From Lingula anatina (Eukaryota; Animalia; Brachiopoda), in the NCBI GenBank assembly GCA_051362555.1, contig CM120643.1, positions 12,436,644 through 12,500,643 on the forward strand: a stretch of DNA of 64,000 bases. The letters are read 5' to 3'. Of this stretch, positions 13,945 through 28,513 are shown in pieces. A model generated the notes under the pieces. The model worked only from the letters and a program-made list of their open reading frames with translations. It was not told the origin of the DNA and ran no database searches. Positions within the stretch are counted from its first letter, which is position 1; each line of letters starts with the position of its first letter. A program made the position numbers and the translations under genes.

Positions 13945-15180
13945 CTGATGTTTGCAGTTTGTTTTGCTTTGTGTTTTCAAACGAGATGCAGTTTACAATA
14001 AATGAAACGAGTGCCAGGATTAATGACTCAAGCGCAACCATTGTACCCATAGCCCATACCTAAGGCACCAGTCTATTCAGCGGATATTAAAAACAGATAA
14101 TTGATGAGTATGAAGAAATACTACGATTACTTTAAAAAAATAACCGAAAAGATGAATGAAGATAAAATGAATGACGGGATAAATATACTAAACTGCAAAT
14201 GTATCGAACACTTCTTTCGCACCATGGTGTTTTTCTCCTCACCAGAATACAACGGAGTGAGAATATATATCAGAAACCCGGGCGCCGTTCATTAAACTTT
14301 GTTCATAAAGTCGTATACAGCATGTGGTAATATATTTTTCTCATTAAATCTCATCCTCATTAACCTGTCGTTAACTGAGAGCATTCTTCGAGAGAATCAT
14401 TATCTTGTCAAGAATACGTTTATGATCTACATTTTAGTGAAATCAATATTAATTTGCACTATACACCCGGGGCAAACTTATTTATTAACGTGAAGTTCCA
14501 AGAAGAGCGAACATAAGGGCGGGAACTCACTAACGATCCTCCATTAACTGTTTTTAAAGCACTTCTCGTCCTTTCTCTTCCGGTTTTCCTGCAATCTGTT
14601 TATGGATGTCTCACTTAGTGTGTTTCGTACCCTTACTATTAGATTCTGGAAAGGTTCGTTTGTAAAAATAAGTAGCCGGGAAAGGTCCGCTCTGGGTAAA
14701 ATTTGATCTAGGTACACGAGGGTCCACCTTTTCATAAAAAGACCCCCTTTAAAATGGCTATGGGCCTGTTTATTTTACCTCTACACTTGCACTTAGAATG
14801 TTCATATGGGGTTTGCTGTAACGTGGCTTACAGTAAACCTTGGGTCATTCACTGTTACCATTGCTGCAAAAAGGTATACATTCACGTTAGGACCCACCCC
14901 GAAACCTTTTTTTATCCCAATTTCAGATTTGGTACATAATGAGAAATACTTGAAGGCTATGAAACGTCACTCAGGGAGCACAAAGGATGATTTCTTATAC
15001 ATAAGTAAAAAAATCCACCCATTTTACTTCCGACCAAATATACAGTTCCTATTTTCCCATTATCTCAGCAGCACATTCTATTACGTCTCAGTCAGCATAC
15101 TTATCATTTAATTCTGTGACGTGCTTGAGATTTTCGTTTCAATTACGTTTGTCTTTGCACATGGCCTGGTTTGAGTCGTA

Positions 15181-15287
15181 CCCGGCAAACACTGAACGTT
15201 TTATTACGTTACCATATCGTGGCCATAACGTTTTTTGGTAAACTTAACGTTATGGTAACGTTATATTAACGTTCAGTGTTTGCTGGG
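15181..15287. mobile_element. MITE with CCCGGCAAACACTGAACGTT TIRs (EnSpm/CACTA-like end)
   Basis: TIR pair cccggcaaacactgaacgtt / aacgttcagtgtttgctggg with TA on both sides. A related degenerate copy lies at about 18267-18370. Confidence 0.7.
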
Positions 15288-15331
15288 TAAAACCGGCAAT
15301 GTTTCCGTGTCTATGACGTCTCAATAACGTT

Positions 15332-15728
15332 TGTCTCTGCCCCAGTTTTGGTTGTGTAACTCTGAGCATACTGTAATCAAAACCTCTCTTATGTTATTCA
15401 TAATGAACAAACAAACTATTTACTGCTGTCTATGTCATGGTTTATGTTATTATCTCTGAGTATATTGTAACAAAAACCTCTCTTATTTAATTCATAATGA
15501 CCGAACAAACCATTTACTTCTGTCTCTGACCTGTTTTTGGTCTTTATCTCTTGGCTTACTGTAATGAAAACCTCTTATTCATTTCTTGTAATCGAACAAA
15601 CTATTTACTTCTGTCTCTGACCTGTTTTTGGTCTTTATCTCTGAGCTTACTGTAAGAAAAACCTCTCTTATGTAATTTATAATGACAGAACAAACCATTT
15701 ACTTGTCTCTGTCCCGGTTTTGGTCGTA
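15332..15728. repeat. About 93-bp minisatellite, about 4 copies
   Basis: Unit tgtctctg...aaaacctctctta...gaacaaac.atttact starts at about 15332, 15427, 15521, 15612 and 15704. Confidence 0.9.
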
Positions 15729-15780
15729 ATCTGTTATGCAACTTTTAGTAAAGGGAACCATCCGAGATAATCTAAACCTG

Positions 15781-15936
15781 GCCCCGGTTTCACAAAAAAA
15801 CTTAAGTCAGGTTCCCTGGCTAAGAACTTAATTACCAAGGTTACATGGTCACATGGGCATCTCTTACCCTATCAGGAACAGTGTAACAGCACTCTCATGG
15901 AAATCCTAGTCAACTAAGCCAGGGTGAAACCGGGGC
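15781..15936. mobile_element. Harbinger-type MITE with CTG target-site duplication
   Basis: TIR gccccggtttcac / gtgaaaccggggc, flanked by CTG at 15778-80 and 15937-39. A second copy lies at 34072-34261. Confidence 0.8.
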
Positions 15937-18900
15937 CTGGGCTCTGGCTGTCAACAATGCATGACGTCATCCAAGAATAGGAAATGCACGAGAATTCTCA
16001 TGAGGTGTGGTTAACTTTTCAGCGATAAGGGTGAATCACTATGCACCGAGAATGTCGTCTTTGAAAGAAATACAAGTAACATTCAAAACATGGTGAATTT
16101 GTACTGTTATGCAGCTAACTGTAAATTCGACGGAACTTAAGAGAATACCCAGAAAACCTCCGTATATATTTTCTGTCAGTATTTATTCGTTGCCGCATCA
16201 CACTTGCTAGTCTGACAAGTTTTTCTGCGCCAACTCTCCTCCAAATCGCCCGAAATCGCTTGGCTTTGCGAGACTGAGTTATACCTAATTATGATCATAG
16301 CACCTCTAAGCTGATATTTAAAAAAAGTTGCATGTATTGCGCTGATCATAGACATATGGTTGGTGCACACAACAGTCTATACTCTTTCCTGAACTTATCC
16401 CGTTTTAGTTTCCCCTGCGTTAAACTATATTATCTATACAAAGAAGATACGATGGACATACTTCTACTTATAGCTTCCCTTCTACACTTTGCACATTGCC
16501 ATGTCTTCCAAATTGAGGGGAATTTATTTGACCCCCCCCCCCCAAAAAAAAAAGACCTACATTGTACACACTTAACAGAACAGAACGATATGCCACATGA
16601 CAGCAAGGTTTGATACTTTTTTCCCGGACAACGTCTTTTCTCTAATTGACACGTTGAACTCTTATATAACCGACAGAAAAAGGCGTGGAAACAGTTTCAG
16701 ACACACAACGTTCACAAGAAGATATCAAACACGCCATTTACGTCATCCCCAGAAATTGAATGAATATATATGTCCACTTAACAATGTTTTGGTCTTAAGG
16801 TGTCATATTAAGAGTGAACAAAAACGTGGTGACACAGACATACATATATGTTGCAACAAGTAATGAGTAAAAACTGTCGTAACTGTTAGTACCATACATG
16901 ATAAAAATTTCTTTGAAACATTTCCCTCCGGGGGAAGGGATATAAATACCAATACGTAGCTCAGCTTCTAAAAGTTATTACACGAACATTTCCACGTGTT
17001 GTCATTACATGGCAAGTGCGTAATTCTACGGATTCTCATTCTTTCAAAGAGAAAAAACATCCAAGAACCTGAACGACATTTTGACGTGAAATGTACGGTT
17101 TAGACTGACTTTAAGAGCAATTCTTTGCCTCCGAGATTAACCAGTAAACGGCAGTGCGATGGCATTGCATCTGCACTTCATATTCCATCCAGGTAAGGAT
17201 TTGGTGAGGAAACGCAAATTTCATTTTCAGCATCAAGTCCTCAAAGTTGTGAAAGTTTCCTGATGTACCCGAAGTGCAAGCATTTGATTGCGCATTTTGA
17301 TAAAAAGTTGAAGTAAAGTACCGCTGTGTGCCAATAAAGTCCAACCTATGTTGAGCTGAAGGGATTTTCACCCTGCTGTGTGTGTGTGTGTGTGTAATTC
17401 GAGGACTAGAGAAAGCGAGATTGTAATTTGCAAATTTTATTCTACTGAGTGAAACTGCTGTAGGCACTATGTCATGTATATGCAGTCGCAAACAACATGT
17501 TCTTCAGTTTTGCACCGCGCCGCACGCGCAGAGTCTATTTTCAAGTGGCGATCTGGCTCACATGCCTTTCTCGATATTAACTAGACTGAGAGCGGAAAAT
17601 CTCAGTTTCGTCGGCACCTCGTTGCCGTGATTTTGTCCTCCGTTTTACTGACACATTGTACATGGAACGGACGCTGATACTAGGGAAAATATATTACGTT
17701 GTATGCTTGGTTGGGTTGTGTGTCACTGTAAACGGCATGTTGCTTATCACTGAGATAATACCAACGGCTTTAATAAACAAGGCGCTTCAATCAGCGGGAG
17801 TGATAATTTGTCAATTAACACAGGACCTGTCTTATTTTATTAAAGAAGGCTTGTCCCAAATGGATTGAACTGTGAAACAATAAAGAAGGGATTAATCTCT
17901 GTCTTCGTGATTGCTTGGTTGTTTCATCAATAAATAAGAAGCTCTCAGCTATCATTAACTACATGATTATAGGTTTATCATAAGGATATCGAATCCGTTA
18001 TTTCTAATTAAAATGAAATTGTGATAATTTATTTCTTTTGCAGTGGTTTTGATTTCATGTGGTACAGTGTATCGTTACAAATGAGCACTATACAGCCTAT
18101 ATCTCCTCCCGCTGGCGAATATATAACAAAAGAAAAACCTGCTGCAATAGATAAGTCGTTAACATTGATGTAAGGATATAATGTTGAATATCGAATATTG
18201 CCAAAGACCCAACGTTGAAGGGGGTGAGAATGGGCAAAAATTCGTTCTCCCACCGATCGCACGACTTTCCAGCGACGTTTTATAACGTCACCATAACGTT
18301 CCCACAACGCTTTTTTTTTGTTAAATAAACGTTATGGTAACGTTATAGTAACGTTTTTTGTTTTTTGGGGTTTTCCATTGCTTTCACTTTTCTTCACTAT
18401 GACACTTCTTCAGTTGCCAATACCGAAGCAAAAAAAAAATAATAATAATAAAATAAGATAAATAAATGATGAATAAAAAAACATTGCAAACTACAGTGGA
18501 ATTTCTGACTGAGAAGGTGTACGTATCTCAGAGAAGGTTTAAGGACAAGTAGCCAAGTAGAATATATTTTGAAAATACGCCAGGGGGATGCTAAGATGGT
18601 ACTGAACGTTTTACACGTACATGTACTGGTATGACAAAGATGCAATGGCTATAAAGTCTTAAACCTGAAGCAAACGATATTTTTTACTCCTAAACAGAAG
18701 TTACTAGCTAAAGCCCTTTTAAATGAAACAATGTATATTGTTATCTGTATGTGCTCGAGTATTGTTTTCGACGAATGCCTAACTTCAGATTTTCCTAATT
18801 ATCTCCAAAATTGAATATTTAATATACATTCGCCGTATTAACATCTTTTTTACTATGTAGGACCGTACCACGCATGAAAAACAATTACGTTGTTATCTCT

Positions 18901-21900
18901 GATTCTCGTGGCTTTATCTGCACATTAAGGCAATAGACAAGGTCGCCAGTGTGCTTTGAAAACGTGAACAATCGCAATAATCTGTTTTTTCTCTTTCTGT
19001 CAGCATCGATTTCACTGGGTCCACTCTTGTGAGTACTGAAGCACAGTTGGCCATAACATCAAGATTATTTCTGTTCAAATATCTGATCAATGGTAAAAAA
19101 TGAGTCTTCAGTGACAGGCTCTACCATCTTAACATAAAAAGAAGACAGTGGAATAAATGGATACGGGAAGTTGAAGCAATTCTTTTGTCTTGTTGTTGAT
19201 TTTCACTGGCTCAGTGGCAGCACTTTAGTAGTTTGAATTAAACAATTAGTAAAGTGAACATATGAGTCATTTTTGTTGTATCACCTCATAGATTTCATAA
19301 AAAATTGATGAGGTTTATATTTACTCGGTATTGTTTTTAAAAATGGTGACATCAAAAAATTTAAAGTCAGACATATTTTAAGGGACATAGCATTCATTTC
19401 TTGATCTTATCAAATATTATCATCCATAAAGACAGTTTTGACCCTAAAACTCAAACATTATTAAGAAACTGAAATCGGACCTGGTGATACAAAACACATG
19501 TATAAGAACATTAACAAGGTTAGACATAACCTTTTCACTGCGAAATTCTATAGTATTCAACTAAAGATGTGGACGTTCAATTCCATACATAAGCGAGCAA
19601 CATGCTGTGCGCCTGCAAATAAGTGTCTTACATTGGTCTGCTATCCGGTCAAATCAAAAGATCACTTCCATTTGCCATTCACCGCATAGCACAACCAAAG
19701 AAACGTTTAGCATTTCCGTATTTTTGGAATTGCACTTGAGCACGTGCTTTTTTATTACAGAAAAAACACAGTTGGGTAATCTTTTTCACGTTTACCACAC
19801 ATAGAGGAAACGGTGGAGTTAATAAAAGTGTTTGCAGTGGCGGATTATTCAATTTAAACATTTCTCCACAAGCCACGTAAACATTCTCCGGCGTCTACCC
19901 CTACAGACCCTCGCCAAATGCCAGAAGAACTGAGGTCGAGACAGTTCTTTAACTGATTTTTCTCTTTTGTGTTTAATTTAATTTATTTATCTATGTACTG
20001 TAATAATTAATCTTACTATGTTATTAACTGATTATATTTATTATTATTATTATTTGTAAAATGGTTTAGTGTTTGGCCTCTGTTTCTGCTTTGAGCTAAT
20101 TGATTCTTAAAGCCTGGTCTCTCGAGGAACCATTAGGTTATGACATTTTGGGGTAGACTGATGAGGCCATGCACAATTTTTAAATCAAATAATTAAGTTT
20201 CTAAGAAGAAAAGTTAAAAACAAACAGGGTCCGTAGAATAGTCCCCTAGTATCTTAATTACTTAAAACTGTTAAAACACTTTACCCACCTTTCCTTGATA
20301 GGGGAATACTTGGCTTCGGCATTCCTGCAGTATCACTTTAATAGCCTAAGCACCATTGTAACTTTGCTGTACGTTTTATGGAACATCCTATCAACACCAT
20401 ATTGATGCTACCTCTGAAAGGTTTGACATCTCTGTATTTTTATCGCCATGATCGATGGCGTATGAGGCTCTCTGTGAAAATGACTGAATACTGCCACCTA
20501 TCGGCAGCCTGGGAGAGCGCTAATGGCGCCATATTGCTCTTATACTGGATGCTTTTCTTCACTTGTTGGAAAGCACCAGACATTTATCAAACACCTTCGC
20601 TAGATAGAGTAACTCAAGCGTTATTACTGATCGATAAAATATAAGGTGCCAGTGCCTTTCCTGCCCGATAGTGACCCCGTGATAATTAATTTAATAATGA
20701 TTCTGAAACGGTGCATAGGACACATTCATCACTCGATCTGCGTGCCCCTTGATCCAATTAAAATCAATTGACAAATTTCCATCACCAGGTTGTGATCACC
20801 AGTTATCTTCGAAGTTCAAAAACACTATGGTACATTGTTTGACGAAGGCCGATTTTAAGTAGTGGGCCATTTGCTTTTAGTGTTAAGAGCGGACAGGATG
20901 GCATATGGCATTCTGAACGCTGTGCTGTCACCGACACCCAGCACAGATATTAGTGCTGCAGAGGAAATGAAATATTCATTTTATAAATGATTAACGTCAT
21001 CTTGAAACAGTTATGGTGGTTATTTACTCTTCCAGAGCATTTTAGTATGATCTAAGGGAAGACAAAACTATCGAATTAAAAATGACACGGCTGCGGACGT
21101 GGAACATTTTGATAGCACCGTTTGCAAGATTTTTTTTTTCATGATTTTGTTCTGTAATGTCAGGTAAAAAGGTTTAATGTAGTAAAACTATTCTTGAGAC
21201 AGACAACAGAATTCTCATTTGGTACTTAATGATCCTTACTCTATAATCTTCCAATTTTAAGAATAGATTTATCTCCATTGCTTTTAGTCATTACCGGCAA
21301 AGCATGAGACCCCTTTATACACTGTGTATGTCTATAATCAAATAACTTTCATTTTCAAAAATCGTTTGGTCTTCGGGTCATAATGAGCATTTCTGTGGAT
21401 CATGAAATTGTGAAATATTTGTGAAGTTCTGTTTTTGAGAACAATTGACCATCGTTCATCTTTTATGTATATAGTCTAATTTCCAGGCAATAGATAGATC
21501 AGTTGCAGATGCCATTGTGATAGTTATTAACACATTCAAAATTTAACCCAAAATAACTTTCATCTCAGCTGTTAAATGTCTGATTGTTGTAGGTTAATCC
21601 GATGAAAGGACAAGCTACATTTCAACGTCGTGTATCTTTTTTTTATGCTGTATGCGTAAAGCTCGAGTTTGAAGATAGAAACATGCCGTCTAAAGCTTTA
21701 ACGTGGGCAAATCTTGCTATGCAAAGTTGATCTTAACAAGGTAATTTTGTACTTGGGTGTGTAAGACAAAAGAAAAAGATCAGATGCCAACAAAACCGCA
21801 TCTCAACCCTGTTGCAGCTGTCAGTGAATGTTGCATGACTGGAAACGTGAGATGCTTCTCTGTTGATTCAAAACCAATCTAAAGGTTGTGGGATAAACAG

Positions 21901-22615
21901 GATAAACACTTGTAAAGTGCTGAAACTGTTGGTGATATTTACCTCAGTTAATATTTAGTACCTGTATAGGTAATACATTTTGGCAAACATGCCAGGCGCA
22001 TCCACCCCTTTTATAAAAAAAAAAAAAAAGAAAACTGTTTAAAGCAAGCAAATGTAGGTAATTACCGACATATGACATGATGTAAAAGCTAAATCGCAAG
22101 ACAAGACCAATGCGCTAGCTGGTCTAAATTTATATGTCGTCAGTCCGGAGAGCAGACGACATTAATTACAGTTTATCTACACGGCGGAGCGTCTGAACCA
22201 CATCAATAAAAGAGTATGAATCTTTCCAGTTCAGTGTCTACCACCAGTAACACCGTCCCTCATGGAGCTTGTTGACGAATGTCCGAAAATTACTACTCGA
22301 GGAACTAAGAGAACCTCGGTTAATTTTGTCCCAGTAGAGCGATTTAGCAAAAGTAATCAATATGTCAATGTTTATAACTGAAGAAATATTGGACATTACT
22401 GCGACAGCATGGCTTTCTCACATCATATCACAACTTACCACATGGGCGTAACACAGCCAACATTGCTTTCACTATGGCAAAATTACAGAAGCGCCGAGTG
22501 GACACATTGGCGTCACTTATCTAAATTGAGAGCTAGCCCAATTGTTGACCATTTATTGACAGTAAGAGACGTTCTTAGAAATCCATGCAAAAAAGTTATA
22601 TGGAGCTTCCAGCTG

Positions 22616-22648
<33 letters not shown>

Positions 22649-23160
22649 TGCTGTGTGTGTGTGTGTAATTATCTGTGCTTGGTCATGAAATCCCTTGTGC
22701 AACTGGGTAAGATCAATGCAACAAGCCACCATTCCATAATCTTACGTCCGGTCGTCCTCTAAAAGTAAAAAAATGCAGTCCTGTTTTTCTATCACCATAT
22801 ACAAAGGAAATATAAGTTTTTTTTTCAGACAGAAAAAAATAAAATGATAACTGAGATCTCCGTTTGACTAGGATAAACAACCTAAACATTTTGCAGAAAA
22901 AACGGAGATGAACTGAGTAATTATCTTATAAGGTATACCCATAGGAAATAAAAGCACTGCCACCGTATGTGTAGGGGAATGGAAAGGGGCAAAACTGCGA
23001 ACAATGAAAAGTAGTGTACTTATCCATTCTACGTGCTTTATATAAAACTGGGGGTTTTACGTGTACAACACTGTGGAAAAATAAAGAGATTATGCTGCTC
23101 CGGGTCGTTGCCCACAACAAAGCTACATTCGGCCCAAAACATAACATAGGGTAGAAAGGC

Positions 23161-23397
23161 CTCATTCCTAATGAAGCTATTGATCCAACTCCGAGGTGAC
23201 TCTCGCTGAATGCAATCAGATTAACAGATTAATAACGCCTTTTCTTATTTTCAACGTACTCCTATAATCACCAGCTTTCCTGTATTCTACTCAACCCAAG
23301 AAAAAGGTCTGTTAGTCTGTTAATCTGATAACATTCAGCGAGAGTCCCCGCAGAGTTGGATTGTTCTACCTAGAACGATAGCTTCATTGGGAATGAG
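23161..23397. mobile_element. Palindromic MITE
   Basis: Long imperfect inverted repeat ctcattcctaatgaagctat..ctctcgctgaatg..atcagattaacaga and its reverse complement. A related fragment lies at about 58545-58590. Confidence 0.7.
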
Positions 23398-25325
23398 CTC
23401 CACTTAAACCTTTGGATTATATCTGAAGATATGGTTCTATTTGTTCATTCTTCACAACAACAACAACAAACTGATAATGTTTCTTTTCATCTTAAACAGT
23501 TGGGTGTAACAGTTATAATAACAAACTTGTTGTAATTCTGAGTATAACACTGTATAAAGGTCATTAAAATGCATTCTAAATGCAATTTTAAGAGTTGCGT
23601 TCAAAAATGGAATTCATTAATGAAGAAGATACAATAATAAAATTATTCTTAAATAATTGAAGAAAATTAAGGAAAGATTTTTGAAAAATTGACAGTGCCC
23701 AAAAGGTGTGGTGCCATCACATTTTCTATGCGTGGGGCAGTTCTTTGGTTAATACTTAAATTAGCAACAAATTGTATGTCCTTCTTTTACAGCAGATGAA
23801 ATCAGGATGATATCAATAAAATATAAAAATTATATTCTTATAACAGAAGAGGCCTCTATGTTATGTTCTTGGGAAAAAGTGGCAAAACCATCTGAGCATT
23901 GCCTTCAAAACCATTGCTTCATAGGAGATAGATTTTGATCTGTCAAAGACTTCAGTTTTAGTGATCTTTTTGTAACAGAAGAGGTCGGGGTTGTCGGATT
24001 ATGTTATTCAATACTATGCACTTTGCTATCACGCCGGTGTAATTACGGATTGCTTCATAAGATTACAGTAAACAATATGTAATGATACCATTATATTGTA
24101 CGGCAGCATCTTTGCAGTTCTCGGCTTCCATCGTAATTTATTGCACCGGTAATTATCCATGAAGATAATATTTATGAATAACATGCTTTCGTTCGCTCTG
24201 CCAGTGTTTCTCTTCGTTACATACAAGCAGTGATTAATGAGCAGAGCTATGCACACCAAATGTATTGTCTCACAGTGCACAGAGGGTAAATTATATAGCA
24301 GGGGGGAGAGATAATTGATAGTTTTTGTGTATTAGCACCTGTGTACTCGGATCGCTAGAGGAGCTATACAGGACGAATACGATTAGATAATCGATCAGTA
24401 AACGCCTGTGTCAAAGTGTCTGCTTGCAATCACAATCTAGAAAACGAAGAAAAAAAAACACACTTGTTCGTAATACAAGACGTGTTACATATTATTTTTC
24501 ACCACAGTGTGCATGCTATTGTTATATGTCTTTAAGAACATGTGGAGGTTATGTAACAAAATCTTGCTCAGGAAAAAAGACACTGATACATGACACTCTT
24601 TGCCATTATTCACTGCTGTAACACAGGTTCTGTTTACCATTGTAGGCAAACAAGCGGATGGAACCGGGTGCAATCGTTCAAAACACAACATGAGGTATAA
24701 TTGACAGCTGTTCAAAACAACAACAATGGACGGGGGTTGAAATATCTGTCAACTAAGGTTAAAGAACGATTTTTTTTTGCTCTCAATAAAAACCCTTTGT
24801 ACACTTTTTTCAGTTGTTATCGACGAAAGCCAGGTATTGCTCGCACGCAAAATACCACGCAAGGTGAAAACCTACGGGAAATCAAAGATTCGGCGTAAGC
24901 AGAATTCCTTGAATCTTACATTTTATTTTTCCCAATAAATAATATTTAAAATCCAAATACGCCTCACAAAATGTCTGTAAGAAAAAATAAAACTTTGAAG
25001 TCAACTGTGTGAGAAAGTAATACTTGTAAGTAACGCGGCTCAAAAATGGAGGTGACCATAAAGATTTAATAAACCGTGTTTTTTTTTTTTCTCACAGAAA
25101 TTCTTGTAGTCATTGCAATAAGAAGAACTATCAAATAATATAGACAGTTTATTTATACTTGCAATACATGTTAATGAAAATTTTAAGTTGTCTGGAATTT
25201 TGATCATCAGAACAGTCTTAAAGTCAGAGCTAATGATACATGCTTTACTAAAGTAAAAAGACAGTTTTCCAATGTACACATGAACGATAAAGAAAAATTA
25301 GTGATATTGAGGTTAAGAACTGTAA

Positions 25326-25650
25326 ATCTTACGTGTACCTTGGAGCTAGATTCACGCAAGATGGCCGTTTGCAATCAGTGCTAAACAACCATGTCTTGTG
25401 GGAAATTTGTTTTTTTTTTTTCGTGAACAAGAAAGTGGGGTTTCATTTTTGGGTTAAACGAAAGGTTTTATGAAGCAGCATTTATACAGGCATTGATGTA
25501 CAGTTGCGGGTCATGGTTAGGTAACTGTCAAAGTCATGTAGAGGATATGTATGTGATCGCTATCAAAACTCTACTGGGTGTACGGAGTACGTATCCTAAC
25601 CTGATTTGTTTAAACGAGGCTGATTTACCAATGTTTAGATCCCGTATTAG
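25326..25650 (+). mobile_element. Degenerate LINE fragment (post-RT region)
   Basis: Translates to YVYLGARF..., KVYEAAFIQALMYSCGSW..., KTLLGVRSTYPNLICLNEADLP, typical of non-LTR retrotransposon ORF2 downstream of the RT domain. Confidence 0.65.
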
Positions 25651-26539
25651 AGCAGGCCATGGGCACACCTACCAAAACCTATAGCCCAAAGGGTGGGGGG
25701 TTACAAACGATCGCCACCCGTTGATTTTTGTATGGAACCTCTATTAGAACAAAAATAAAAGTGTTTAAATACACATCAGATTTAATAGGATATGTGGAAG
25801 TAGTTATACCGGTGGATTTCGTTCATAAAGCGTATTTGCATTATATATATGCACATGAATAATAAAGTTATCAGCAGCATTTTGTGATAAGCTCTGTGTA
25901 CGCTTGCGTGCTTTTTATCGTGTATTGTGTACTAAATGTTTTTAGTGCCACACCGTAATGGATAATAAATAAGTATCACTAGTGGTTATCCTTACAAAGG
26001 GACGTTTTGTACAAAGATACGACTATTCTACATTGAATTGCAGACCACTTTGAAAATAAAATGTCAGGTCAATGCTTAACTTTGGGGAAGCGTGTGTGTG
26101 TGTGTGTGTGTGTGTTTGTGTGTGTCAAATATAGTAATTTTAGTAATTCATCATAAAAGTGACCATTAAAATAAGTGCTTCTTATTTCTATGAGCTGTGC
26201 GTCACAAAAGTCATCACATTCTCCTTATCGACTTCTTTGGTCACGAAGATAAGATCAATTGTCCACTGCAATTTTCACTAGATATTGTTGTTTGGCCTGC
26301 AAATACCTTACAATAACATAAAGCCGATTTAAAACATAAGTGCTAGGATGGCCATTTTGTTGTCGTAATTGGTTATTCCGACTAGTACCTTACTGGTCTA
26401 ATATTTGAACTGATTCATCACAATTTTACTTTTTTGGTGTAATGGGTTTTTGATAGTACCCAAATTGTCTAATTATTTTCATGTAGCTCTGTTAGCAGAA
26501 TGGTTAGTAATTACCGGTGCGGAAGGATGCACGGGAGTT

Positions 26540-27852
26540 CTCTATCTCCGATATTTTCGTCGACCATATTAAAAATGGCAGAAAATATCAATGGTTTGAA
26601 CCCGTTGGCAATTGCAGATAATAATAATAAAAATAGCATTTAATAACAATGGCATGAACCTGTTGGTTATTGTGAATGATAATAACGAGCATCACATGCA
26701 CTGTATATCATTACTCCAAATGATGTCGCGTTTATCATGTTGTGTTACAAGTTAGGCTATATACAGTATGCCAATTTGGAAAAAGGAACGTGTAGTAAGC
26801 AAGTGAAGCCTGAAGCCCAGGAGGCCCCCTGTTATTCCGCTTGTGACACGTGTGAAAGCATAGGTCGTATGTGTCCCAGAAAGACGAGAAAGCTTCAGGA
26901 CTAAACAGATAAAAGACCAAGTGAAAACGGAAACTGTGGCACAATTACCACAGACGTATCTCATGAGCGTACGTCCAGAGACAATGTAGAATATAAACGC
27001 TCCAATAATTTGAGTTTCACTCACAGGCCAACGCGAGGCATGCACCACAAAGAGCTTGATTTTGTACCCAGTTTAACCGCGACATCCCATCAACACATGT
27101 ACAAGCCATCCGATGGCGATCCAAATGATTTTCTGGCTCATTTTAGACCCCGATTAACTCGTGGACCTGTTGGTTACAATAGACCGAATTTATGCACAAA
27201 ACAACCTGCCGTATACCATGTATGGTGAGACACTACTTGGTTCGTATAGACACCACGATTTCATGCCTTGGGATGATGACGCCGACGTCATAATCAGCCA
27301 AAATGACAAGAGCAAACTGTTTGAATTACTATCAAATCTTGCCCCAGATTATTTCATTTGTAAAAGTCCTGGATCAACGGTCTTGAAATTCTTTTCGACA
27401 CGGTGAGCGTTTGGAAATGGCCCATGGTAGATGTCTTCAGTTACGAGGAAAACCAAACGCATATTTTGGACAGTCAGTATCGAAAACTCATTTTTAGAAA
27501 ATCACAAGTGTTCCCATTTCACAGACGACCTTTTGGGGATCTGTATCTAAATGCCCCTCGTGACTCTTTGGCGTTCCTCAGAAACACTTACGACAGTGGA
27601 AAGTGTCAGAAACAAATGGTAGACCATAAGAGAGACGTACTTCATTTGGAAAGAGTAAGGGAAATACCATGCGAAGAAATTAAAAACAACGTACCTTTTC
27701 TTCACAGGGAGAAATCCGTTATTCCCGGCATTAAGGAGACGCTGATGCTTGGAACGAAGACCCTCCGGCAATTGTTTGTGGACGAACCTTCTTATGCCGT
27801 TAACAAACCATACAGCTTAGAACTGGTGAAACAGAATGGGAAGGGAGCGTGA
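26540..27852 (+). pseudogene. LicD-family nucleotidyltransferase-fold (fukutin/FKRP-related) pseudogene
   Basis: YGETLLGSYRHHDFMPWDDDADV matches the LicD GTLLGxxRHxxFIPWDDDxD motif, followed by WKWPMVDVF...VFPFHRRPFG..LNAP. The frame is broken at about 27160 and 27403, with an in-frame TAA at 26902-04 and a decayed N-terminal hydrophobic segment. The 5' boundary is approximate. Confidence 0.8.
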
Positions 27853-28337
27853 ACAAGGACATGTCATATAAAGATCACAGACTGCAGAGGTTGGTTACAT
27901 ATCTGCTAGATATTTAGTTTCGTGTCATTGAATGACTTCATAATGATTGCATTTAAGAACCATACAGGAAAGGGGCGGGATTATGTAGGAAGAGGGCGTT
28001 CTATATGCTGCCATGCAGGCTAAGCGTGTGTATGCTGTAGGCTATTTTTCCCAGACATCATAAATCTCATTAACATGCGATTGCATCATAACAAGCAATA
28101 AATACAGCACACATCTCACCAGTTTCAAACAAGTGATTGGGGAGGCGAAAGCCCACATCCGAATTCATTGTGGTTGGTTTACAGATGTGACCTTATTTGT
28201 TTTTAGACAGTTTACAGCAAATAGCATTGACTGCTTATGTCTTGTATTAACCTTCTGTGACGTATGACATTCGTTCTCGGCCAAAATTTTCAGCAAAGTT
28301 GTGTCTGAGCATTAATCCGAATGTTTTAAAATCCGTA

Positions 28338-28513
28338 AGGAACCATGGTCCGTTTTCCATTACATTAGGAACCCTATCCTATCTAACCGGACCTGATGTG
28401 ACAGGAATGGGTCCAGTATGATTAGTACAAGTTAGGGTTAGTCGTAGTATTGGAGCTGGTATGTGAGACGAAGGTCACGTGTATAAGGTAATGGGGAACG
28501 GACTACGGTTCCT
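28338..28513. mobile_element. MITE-like inverted repeat element
   Basis: aggaaccatggtccgttttccattac / gtaatggggaacggactacggttcct. Confidence 0.55.

Noticed and set aside
13064-15728. Regular repeats considered as CRISPR-like arrays
   Set aside because: The units repeat in full with no unique spacers, the context is eukaryotic, and there are no cas genes.
821-24898. Numerous 60-130 aa ORFs in the ORF track
   Set aside because: Low complexity, or overlapping repeats and microsatellites; no domain motifs or phase-consistent exon chain.
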